From Callorhinchus milii (Eukaryota), in assembly GCF_018977255.1 (NCBI RefSeq), contig NW_024704742.1:109184001-109248000 (forward strand): DNA of 64,000 nucleotides, read 5' to 3'. A program made the position numbers and the translations under genes. The stretch's first letter is position 1, and each line of letters begins with the position of its first letter. Positions 27,601-39,600 of the stretch are shown in pieces. Below the pieces are notes generated by a model. That model saw only the letters and a list, made by a program, of their open reading frames with translations, was not told the origin of the DNA and ran no database searches.

Positions 27601-30600
27601 GGTTAATTGAATATCAGATAATTGAATAGTTTGTTTTATTAAAATTTAGAGCTCAGAGATGAGTTTTCTCTTGTGTTTAGTCCGGTTATATGAATAGTTT
27701 GGTTTATTGAATTTTCGCTGTCAAGTTGAGTGTTCAATTAACATAATTTCACTGTAATAACTTCATGCAATCTGTTTCCATTCAATTTTTTTTCAGAAGT
27801 AACGATTTTAAGTTCAATCTCTGTCCAGTCACTGTTTCATTAGTGGTCTGTGGTTTATTTTTTCTTTCTATCACTTGCACATTAAAATACTCAGTTACTT
27901 TCACAAAACGTATGAATGAGCTGAGACTTGGGACAACAAGAGTCAATGGAGAATAATTGGCAACACTCCCCGATCTATCACATCCTGTCCAAAATGTAAC
28001 CAAGCCCTGAAAAATAAACACCTTGGTTCTTGGTGGAGTTTTTAGTACCAGAACAAGAGAAAAATCTAAACTTTGATTTTTTTTCTGCTTGTTTTCCTAG
28101 TTTTGTTTTCCTGTAAAGATATTTGTTGATCAAAGTTTGTAAATATTGTCCAAGGATATGGAAATGTTGAACCACAGGTGAAGCCTGTTGTAGTGCTCTT
28201 CGGTCTCTTGTGGACCTACATTAATGGACTTCTGATTCTGATGCTAAAAAATGACCAACTTCCATATTATCAGTTTGCTACTGACATCACTTCCCATACG
28301 TAATGTATAATGCGTAGGCAGCCTTGTGATGCCACTTGCTGTGCACTGTGCAAGCCGCTATCTGCAAAAGGCACCATTGATGTCACTTTGTAAAGGACAC
28401 ATGGCTTAGGTTTAACCAATTTGCATTCTAATGGGATTGTGAGGTATTTGAGGGACTCGATCTTAATAAACCAGGCTCAATTCATAAGACTCTTCCAACC
28501 GGCAGACGGGAATAAATTCACACCAGGTTTCAGAGAGTTTTGAGTACTTTGAGACGTTACCCTGCATGGAGAGCGCTATATAAGTGCAAGTTTTTGTTGA
28601 GATGAAAGGACATTTCTGCTTAGTAATTTTTATCACAGTAAACTAAATGCCAGTGTGAACCTCAGATTACCATGAATTTCAAAAGTGTGCTCTTAACTAT
28701 TTTGTTTTCATAGTTCCATGCTGAAGGAACCCAGTATAGAAAGTCTGCAGGCTCTGTGTGCACTGGGCCTTTCCAAGAAAGATGTTACACTCACCACAGC
28801 AGCACTTAAGGAACTGTTGAAGCACCAGAACAAAACCGATTCAGCATATGAAACCTGCCTTCTTGCTTCAGGGATATATTCTTTGCAAGGTAACAACTTG
28901 GCTGTACAAAGGCAGGCAGCCAAAGCAGTTCATAGGTAAGACTGAGTAGAAAGCTTATATGATTTTTTGATTTTCCTGTATGTTTACTTTTCAAGTACAA
29001 ATTAGTTAAAGTGATATTACAGTAAGTCCTGTGTCTTCAACAAATAACTTGAGTACTATTGTTTACTGATTAGCATTGAAATTATTTATTAATGAAATCT
29101 AATTTAAAGACTGTTTAAATGGCTTCTCTAAATCCATTCCAATGTCGGTAATATGTTGTTGTTTTCAGCTTGACATTTTAAATCACAGGTGACAATTAAA
29201 AGCATTAAATATTCCTCAATCTTCATCATAAATTACATTTACAGAATTCTGATCTTCAAATAAAAAATGTTGGTACAATATTTAGCACACTTCTTAAAAA
29301 GAAATACACATCACATGAGCCCTTTACAGCAAACTGTTCATTGGCACGTGCTGCATAATTTTTAATCATCATTCCCTTGAGTAAATTGTATTAAATAAAT
29401 GTTCAAGATAAATATATTACAAAGAATGAGAGGAGCTGAGCCATACCAATTTTCCCTGCTGATATCCAGCTCTGTCATACGGCTGTGGGAAAGTTCCTGC
29501 TGCAAACCATCCTATACTCCGTGAAAGGACATGTACATTTAGAGCAATATTGGAAAGAAATGTAATTGAGGTATACTTGGGTAAAATCATTTAAAAAAAA
29601 CTTTTTTGGGTGAAATTACCTGTATGATCAATCTATCCATTGTCACTAATGGAACGGAACAGTCCAAAAATCATTGAAATCCTGATAATTTATTTTGTTT
29701 ATGTTGCATTGTGTTTCATAAAGTGCAGCAAATTTTTTATATATAATTGCAAATAATTACTCTTTAGAAATCATTACTCTTTAGAAATGTTTGATGATTC
29801 TTATATTCTTATGCTGCACTTGCATCTGCATCGATACATTATCTTGCTTATGTTATTGCAACAGAACCTCAATATATTTTTGAAATGTTTGGGGACTGAT
29901 GTTTCTGCTTGTATATGTCAATATTATAGTCTTCGCATTTTGTTTCTTTAATGTAATTGTAAAATTGGAGAAGAAACGTTATTACAAAGTGAATAATGTC
30001 TTTTTTCACAGCAATCCTAGTGATCCTGCTCTTTGGACATTGTTATCCAGACTTGTTCCACAATACGCTCCTCACAATGCAAACGTGAGTATCTTATCTT
30101 TATTTAATCCATTGCTGGAGAAGGCAGTCATTTTTTTCAGTGCTTTTGGGAGAAGAATTATCCAATGTCTGTCTTGTAATAATCAGCACAATTTGCTAAA
30201 CCCTATAAAGATTCAACTACATTTCTGTAGTGCAACTAAATTACATTTATATGCCCTTTTTCCCTAATTTCCTTAACATGATTTTGCAGCATATTTTCAT
30301 CTTCAACCCCCACCCCATGTTTTAGGTTAATCTCTCTCTTCCACACTGTCCAAAACGCGAAAACAATATCTGGTGGAGATCTCCTTATGAAGATGAATCC
30401 TTCAAAATTAAATTTAGAAATCTTCTGCTTCAGAACCCTGCACTTATTGCTTGAATGACCAGGCCTTCCTTGTAAAAAGTCTTTTTACAAGGAAGTTCCT
30501 CTGGCTCCGGTCCACTCCACATCCCCCCGCCCCAACCGCCCTATCATCGGTGGCCGGGCCTTCAGCCCCTAGGCTCTGGAACTTTATCTCCCAGTGCCTT

Positions 30601-33600
30601 CGCCTTGCTTCCTCCCTTTCCTCCTTCAAGGCCGGTCTCAAGACCTTGCTCTTTGACCGTGCCTTCAGCTCCCCTCTCAACTCTCTACCCCCTCCTCGCC
30701 CCCTCCCCTCACCCTGACCATTTCCCCCCTGCTCGGGTCCCGACCCAACTGTCCAGCGCTTTGGGACGTCCTCCCAACGTGAAAGGCGCTCTATAAATGG
30801 AATCTTGTTGTCTTTTTGGCACAGGTTCTAGACAAAATAAAGATTTTTTGTTTGTTTGATAGTTAGAATTGAATAGGTTCTGGATGTTTCCAAGTTTTAT
30901 TTATAGTATAGTTATTATGATCTGATCAGACTAATATTGGTATTCTGCACATTTCATTTATACTGATATGATCAGAAAACAGTTCTTTGTACTTTATTTT
31001 TGATGATAGACCAGCCAGCCTGACCAGTTGGTTGATCAGGAAGAACAGACCACTCATTGGGGAGCTAGGGTTCTTCCCACTTGGCTCTTGCTAACCCTGC
31101 AGTCTGTAAACCCTGATGGGTAGAGTGATCCTAGATGAACATGCAGTGAAAAGTGTACAGTGCTCTGCAGGTAGGCTGCACATGTTTTAGCCAGTTAAAT
31201 TCCAGGAATTCCATATCTCCAATGTACATGCTGGGTCCTCAAGCCTTGACTTGTACGAACTTGCATCTGACTTCTCCAGGATTAGATGAGCAGGATCCAT
31301 CCCTTTGGGGAAAGAATTCACACCACATCAGATCAATTAAGCCATATATATGTGGAAATCTCTAGTTTGTTTGGAAACTCAAATGTGGTGATGGGTTTCC
31401 GCATGTGTCAGATATGCAGCTGACTAAAAAAAACTACTTTTTTAAACTCATTTTTTCTCTTTCTCTTTGTAGGGTGGGGCATTGGTTGGCAACACTGCAC
31501 AGATTCTCAATTTTCATCATCCAAAGGTAAACTCAAACAGAAATAGGAATTCTGGCCGAAGTTTATACTATTATGTTTTCAGTCTTACAAGATCAGTTGG
31601 ATCGTTACGTCAAATAATATAATTCTGAACATTTTGTGAGTTATATCCTAAATATCTTTTATAGAAGGCTCTTCTGTTCAGTGCTGTAAACCAGATTGCA
31701 GCAGGTAAACACGTAGCAGAGGATGAAAACAATAATGCATTAAAGACTGCCCAAAAGGTGGCCCATCTGTATCCAGGTAATGATTCCAGGCTTTGTTGCT
31801 TTCAAATTTATTTGAAATGTACACACCTTTGTTTACTGAGTAGTAAGTATTGACCCGGTTGTTAGTCGATTGGGGAATCGCTTTTCCGGAAGTAATAATT
31901 CCTTCCCCAAAAAAATATTAAATTGGTCACTTCAATCCACGACTGTTTGAGGGACACTGCTGTGTGCAATTGGCTGCTGCGTTTCGCCCACAAAATATAC
32001 AATCAATTCACTTTACAGTATATTCTATGAAGTGCTTTGAGACGTCTTGAAGACGTGATGAGGTGCTATTTCAAATTCAAGGATTATTATTCCACAGTTT
32101 GAACCAAATAGTCCTCTACCAAAGAGTTGAAATTGAACCTCAATTTTTAGTCTTTCCGACATTTACTCGCCTATCCTAAACATGTATCTGTACCCAGACT
32201 CTTCTAGCCCCCAGTGTCTTTATTTATACCTCCTATGCTGCCTGTTAGCACCAAGTTAATGATGCACCTGTCGGGTATTTATCCACACGAAAAAGAGTTA
32301 ATCCTTATTGACCCACATCATAACCACACTGAGACCTAACATTTGATGTATGAGGGGACTTTACTTTTCTCCTCTCGAGCTGCTCCTGTTAATGGGTGTT
32401 TCTTTGACGAGCAGAGAAATCCAGCTTCTCGTGCTCGGGTTTTACCCAACGCCAGAGTAGAGGCCGGCACAATCGCGGTCAGCCTGGCTCAGTGGTAGCA
32501 CTCTTGGCTCTGTGTCAAAAGCTTGTGGGTTTTAAGCCCCACATCAGGACTTGGAATTACATAGTCTAGACTGACACTCCAATGCAGTTCTGGGGTGCAC
32601 TGCATTGTCAGAGGTGGCATTGTTTGGTTGAGACATTAAACCGAGGTCCCATCTGCCTGTTCAGGTGGATGTTAAAGGACCAATGTCATTATTCAAAAAG
32701 AGACAGGTGTTTCTCTCTCCCAGTGTTCTGACCAACAATCTCCCAAATAAAAACAAAATTGGTCACTCACTCCATGGCTGCTTGTGGTACAATACTGTGT
32801 GAAACTGTCTGCTGTATTTAGCCCACAAGATATACAGTCAATCCACTTTACAAAAAAACAATAATAAATTGGTCATTTTCAATCTACAACTGTTTGTGGG
32901 ACATTGCTGTGCGCAATTGGCTGCCGCGTTCGCCCACAAATATATACAGTCAATTCACTTTACAGTGTGTTCTGTGAAGCGCTTTGGGACGTCCTCCCGA
33001 TGTGAAAAGCGCTATATCAAATGCAAGGATTATTATTATTATTATTTACAGCATATCCTGTGGAGTACTGTAACCCAGTGGTTAGAGCATTCGCCTCACA
33101 AACTAGAGACCTGGTTTGATTCCCGGCAGGGTGAAATGTTGGGCAAGTTTCCTTACTCAACACGCCTCTGTTTACCTAGCAGTAAATAGGAACACTGTTG
33201 TTCTGTGAAGCGCTTTTGAGACATCTCAAAGACGTGATAAGGCGCTATATCAAAGGATTATTATTATTTCCCTCCCTCTGGTAGCCTTACGGAGGACCCC
33301 ATCTCTCTGGTACTGCCCCATAATGTGCTTGAAGGAAAGATTTAGGTGTTCAGCCCAACTCATTTGTTAGCATTGCTGTCTCAGAGTTGGAAGCTTGTGG
33401 GTTCATTGCTCAGAACAATTTCCAGGTTGATTTTAGAGTAGTTATGTTACAAGAGAGCTTTTTTAAGACTCTCTGTAGTTAATTTTTTGTGTGATTTTAT
33501 GATCAAGAACAAAAGGAGCCAATTCAATGGTGGCCCCCCCTCCCCGAGTCCAGCAGAACCTGAATGAACAATCTGCCGTCTTGTTCTCTCTGTACAAGTG

Positions 33601-36600
33601 TTAACGTTTCTCAACAGGGAAGTGCAGCTTATCTGGTAAACATGGAAAACAAAAATTCCCCAACTAACTGCACAATGGATTGAAATTGATACAAGGCTTT
33701 TAATGGACTTTTTCCTGGAAACTTAAAGCGATTTTTATCAGTAACAGAACAATTAAGAGTATGAGCCCTGACTTTTACTTTCTGTTTCTCATTGTTTGCC
33801 TGAAGACTAGGCAAAGTACTCCACAAGCACAACAGAAAGCATGGGCAGAACTGCATTATCCAGAGTTAGGCTTTAATATTATTTGACTTGGAAATTCTCA
33901 AGTGTTTCAATAGAACCTAAATCAGTTTGCGGGCACTGTGTCTATACTGAGGTGGTGCAAATTGGTGTGTTGCGTCCTCAAGGGACTCCGTTTTTAGGTT
34001 CCAGTGCTGTTCACTTCAGAATTGTGCTGTTCAAACCAAACTAATTAATTTCTCTGTCGCTACACCTTTAATGAATTATGACACAAATGTGACTATTCGG
34101 TGGCTTTAAAGCATATATTATTGTTTTTAGGTAAGTTGATTTAAGAAGTGAAATATCATTCTAGTAAAATATATCTGGTAACAAGAAATTACTGTTATTT
34201 GATGTGTATCAACACTTACATTTATTGTGTTATTTTGGGGTGGGTGGATTTGTTTTGCAGATGATCCAGCTGTGTGGACCAGTTTAATGGCAGCCTGTCA
34301 CACAGAAAATACGGTATCGCATATAAAAGAGAGAAAACCCAAACAAACTGCCTTAGAAGAATTGTTTCTGACAGTTGTCATGACAAAAGGTATGTGATAC
34401 ATTTTATGGCTTTAATTAGCAAGATAGTTTGCCTGTGAGGGATAAACAGCATTCTTTCACTTTCACCTCTCCATATGCCATGGAGAAACTTCATTAAATT
34501 AGACCTGCAGATGGGACTGTAATAGTCCCATCTGCAGTTGAGTCATAGACAGGAACTGTGCGAAGTGCAATGAAGTCTATAATTTATTCACATGTTGCGA
34601 TACTTTCTTTTTGAGGTAGGCCTGGGAATTTTTAGAAATCGAGCAAGTCTTCAATTATGTGTCCATGAAAAAGAAGTGAAGAGAGGGGACAAAGAAGGAT
34701 GGAGGCTTTTTGGGGGCAGCCGGGTTTCTGACACGTGTGGAAACCCATCACCATGCAAGGGCTACTTTTGATGTAATTTAATATTTGTATTTTATAGTAG
34801 AAGCAGACAAGACTCTCCCAGCTCCCTATCTTCAATCCTTGGAGAGCTGGTCTCTTCAGCAGGCTGTAACGGGACTGAATGAATTGGGCAAACGTGCTGA
34901 AGCTGAAGCCATCTGTGCTAAAGTAATGTAATGTTTCAAATATCAACTTTGTTGGGAATAGCAAATTAACTTATTACATATATCTCCACTATGATTGGTG
35001 ACTGGATTAATAACATTCAAAACAGCTGATTGATTTTGTATTCTTACATCAAAGGAGATGTTTATTTTTAATTGAAAGAAACTCAAATTGGTGGGTAACA
35101 GAAAATGACTTAAAGCGAATGTCTTATCCAAAATTAACTGCAGAGCCTTTTCTGTGGAAAGTGTTTTGTTTTATGAGCTTCAATTCATTTATGAAAATTT
35201 ACTGTACTGTTCTTACGTATGAAATATTTGGGCAACCTCTTTTCTGCAATTACAGCCACTAGTACAATATCATCTAGCTTGTCAAAAATGGCCACTCCAG
35301 CCCCAGCATCACAAGCTGCAAGTTCTTTTTATATTTAGTTTTATATACTCCTTTTGGTGATAATCCACAGAAATGGGGTCAATTGCTACAAGATTGCGGA
35401 TGACACCAAATCTATTTTTTTTTCTCCATTGGTTATGACCCTAGGTCCACTGATCTATCCAGTTGTTTATCAGACATCAAGGCCCCAATGAGTGCCATTT
35501 TTTCTACAGCGGAACATGGACAAGACAGAAGCCATCCTCCTTGGCTCCCGTCAATGTCTTCTCTGCAGCGCCAACCTCCCTGGCCAACCCTTCAGACTTA
35601 CAGAGCCTGTCCTTCAGACTTACCAAAACTTATGCGGAACATGTCCCGGATCGATCCTCAGTAGTCATACCCCTCACAGTCCTTGACCGATTGCTCCACA
35701 TCACCTGCCTCCTCACACCCAACTTTGCTGAAACCCTCATCACGTCAAACTACTGTATACATTGTTCAGTGCTCGGAGACACTTCCCCATGTGAAGGGCT
35801 CTATATGAAAGCAACTTGTTGAGTTTTGAAAAATGTATAAAATATTTGTTGTACTGAATAAGTGAACGTACTGAAGAATTCCTTTAATTGTAGGTCCTGA
35901 AGAAGCAACCAGATCAGCCTATGATGTTCTTACTGCTGAGACAGGTTCAATGCGAACAACTCTTGGTTTCACATGAACGGCTCCCAGAAACCATTCTGGA
36001 AGAGCTAAAAAAGGCAGTCATGTCCAACTTCACATCAATAACAGCTTGGCATGTAAGTTATGTTGTCTGTACATTATTAAATTTATTTTATTAATGTATT
36101 GTCTAAAATGATCGCTTTTTTTCACCTGTAATTTAAAACAGTTTATCTCATTTAAAGCCAAATTTCAATAAGTTAACTCGAGATACATTAGATTTATTTT
36201 GAACGCTAAGATCAGGCAGTTATTCAATTTATGTACAATATTGTTAATGGAGATACATAACAATGAGGTTGTTAATGGAGATACATTGTTATGTATCTCC
36301 ATTAACAACCTCATCAAGTATAGTTTTAAAAACTTTGAAACGTCTTCCATTCAAATGAACATCATGAGCATCATCTGATTGAACCCTTGGCAAAACTTGG
36401 TATCTCTTCAAAATGTTATTCAAAAAACTTCATGAGAGATCACTGGACATACTGTGTAGATATTTTGTACTTGAATTCTAGATGTGTCACCATATCTTCA
36501 AAATGTACAGTATGAAATCTGAACCCTCTGGACTTTCTCTTAACATAGTCTAATTTATTCACAAATTATAAATTAGTTGGCTGCTCATATTGTTTAAGGG

Positions 36601-39600
36601 AAATTGCTGATGCATTTGTCTAAAATTCAATTCATTTCTAAGCAGTTATGCTTCATAAAGTATTTCAGGATTGTTAATTTTTTGACCGTTGCTATTTTAA
36701 TGCAAGTTATTTATTATCTTTTGAAGGTATTGGCAACCTTACCTGTATCCATAGATACTGACATGAGGCCTCAATAAATTAGACGTCAACTTCTAACCAA
36801 GTTTTACCTATCCTGGTTTTGTTTTATTTGTAAAACAAGCCAGCATGTGGCTCATATGACTGCATTCACAAGGAAGGATTTTTTTAATTTCTAGTTTAAA
36901 ATTTACATTTGTTTGTAACATTCACAGGAGGGGTCCTGTAGCTTAGTGGTTAGAGCACTTGCCTCGCAAGTGAGAAGACCTGGGTTCGATTCTTGAGCAG
37001 GGTGAAATGTTATGCAAGTTTCCTTATTCCAAACGTCTCTGTTTACCTAGCAGTAAGCAGGAATCCATTTGTTAGTCGATTGGTAGATCGCTCTTCCAGG
37101 GCTAATAACCCCTTCAAAAAATATATAAATAAAAATAATTTGGTCACTCAATCCAAGACTGTTTGTGGGACACTGCTGTGCACAATTGACTTCCGCATTT
37201 CGCTCACAAATATACGGTCACTACACTTTACAGTATATCCTGTGAAGCACTTTGAGATGTCTCGAAGACGTGATAAGGCTCTATATCAAATGCAAAGAGT
37301 ATTATATCAAATGAAAAGATTATTATTGCTTTAACAGGTTTGACTGAATTTAGATTTAGCAAAGACAGTAGCCTGTGCTAAGGTTCTCAATATTTGTGTC
37401 TATTTTCTAGTGGCTAGCAGAAGTCTATAAATCTCACGGATTAGTGGGAGCTGCAGAGATGTGCTATAGACAAGGACTACAAGTTTCTTCAAAGCAAGGA
37501 CAGTTGAACGGCAAGTTGGCGAGTCTACTCCAATTAGCATTGCTAGCACTCAAACTCAGTCCAGTAAGAAAATCTGAATTACCTGTTTTTTTCTGCAAGT
37601 GGGTGAAGTACATGACAACTCTTTTATTGGTCAATTGCCATAGAAACGTTGAAAACTTTTTGATTTCAACTCTCTAGATTTTTCTGCTATAAGCAGTTTA
37701 TGACAAACTACAGTAATTTACACTTTTAACTGGAACTAGATCACAGAGTAAATACTTTTCAGACTGTGCCAAAGACCATTGTAATAAGATTGCACTTACT
37801 TGCACATTGTAGCACTGCATCTTTTATTTGTTGAAGAGTTATTTTTACACAATAAGAATGTTAAAATCATAGAAATGTAAATATTTGTAAATAAGACCTT
37901 GGTTGGTGCATCTAACAATGGAAAAATTATGTGGATACATTTTACCTTTAATATATGCATTAGGATGGGCAAAAATAGATGTAACCACGGTGTGTATGTG
38001 TTTTTTTTTCTTTTGACTAGGTTAAACTTCAGAAGAATCGATGGCCATCACTAGTGAAGGAGGCAACTGGTGAAGCTCAAAAGATCTCCTTCTGTCCTCT
38101 TGCTAACCTTTTCCAAGCACTTCTACAATTTATAGTTAAATTAGGTGCAAGGTAAGAGAACCTAGCCATCAAGGAAATATGAAAATAGTGCTGCTATGTT
38201 TACATCAAGGTATTCAAAATGCCTGATTGCTGCCCAGAACAAGTTTAATTGATAAGTAGGTTTTGGGATGGTCTAGCCTGAGCGAGTATAAAAGTTGCAT
38301 TAACTTTCCTAATTGAACAATCTAAACTCAAAACTTTGAAGCACTTAACATAGTGAGCAACATTGGTGTTTGATGCGTCAAATGATATTTGAAAATATGT
38401 CTGAAACTGGAATATTTATAGCAAACGTTTGTCTATTTTACACAATGTAATCTTTTTGTAAAAATGGAGCCAGCAGTGTTCAAACCTGTTTTTAAAACAC
38501 AGCCAATCAACTAAATGTTAGTACATTGCATCTTATTTTATAAATGGTTATCTTAGAGGTGGGAGAACAGAGTTTTTTTGCCTCAACCATTTGGACTGAC
38601 AGGTATTTCTACAAAAAAAATCACTTTTAGTGAAAGTGGTATTCCGGTCAGCACAAGAGGATAGGAGAGATTATTTTGTGGAGGGAAAGTGGAGAAAGAG
38701 AAATACTGCTGCATTTCTCCCACAAATATACAGTCAATTCACTTTAGAGTCTATTCTGTGAAGCACTTTGAGACATCTAGAAAATGTGAAAGCGCTATAT
38801 CAAATGCAAGGATTATTACAAGCAGTTTGACTGGATGATCTACTGGATTTGAAACACTGACATTAATTGACAAATTTACAAAACGTGAACTGCTTCAAAC
38901 ACAAACAAGTTCATTTCTGGTTTTTTTTTGGTTGTGATCTGCCCTACAGGGAGACTCGCAGGTTACTGGAGAGAGTGGTGTATCAGCCCGGATACCCAGA
39001 AAGCATTGCATCTGTCGGACGCTGGTACCTCCTTCGCCATTTGTGGGTCAAAAATGATGATGAGCTTATCACAGTAAGATTGCTAATTTATCTGAATGAT
39101 ATCCTGGAATTTTTTTAAGGGGAGGATTATTCCTCAGTGATGTTGATTTATATAGATTTCCTGTATTTTAAAACTAAATGCAAATATTTGATAGATTCAC
39201 TATCAAATGTGCAGAGCAAATGAGGTTTCAGGTGATGCAGATTGTGCAAAGATGGCACTCCTGCCACCACTAGAGGAAATGGTATCAGGATTAGTGGGAT
39301 TCATTCACATTCATGCAGTATAAAGACAATTAATGTGAATTGCATTGGACTCACTCACCGAGTTCTGATTAAACTCTCGATTGTCATTCGGGTGTTTTTA
39401 AAGCCTATTTAGAAAGTTTGTCTTAACATTAATGCTTAAATACTTCTGCCAATATCTCTTCCCCCAACACATTGCTCAACAGACTCCCCAGCTCTTCCCT
39501 ATACAAGTTGCAGACCATCTAGAACTCTCAGCTTGTGTAATCTCTGAGACCAAGCTCTGCCATCCATTCACCTTCATCCACTAGCAAATTGAATTTGAAT

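Noticed and set aside
32461..32492. GGCCGGCA.. resembling the start of the HDV ribozyme
   Set aside because: The rest of the nested pseudoknot cannot be built, and the downstream sequence is a DeuSINE head
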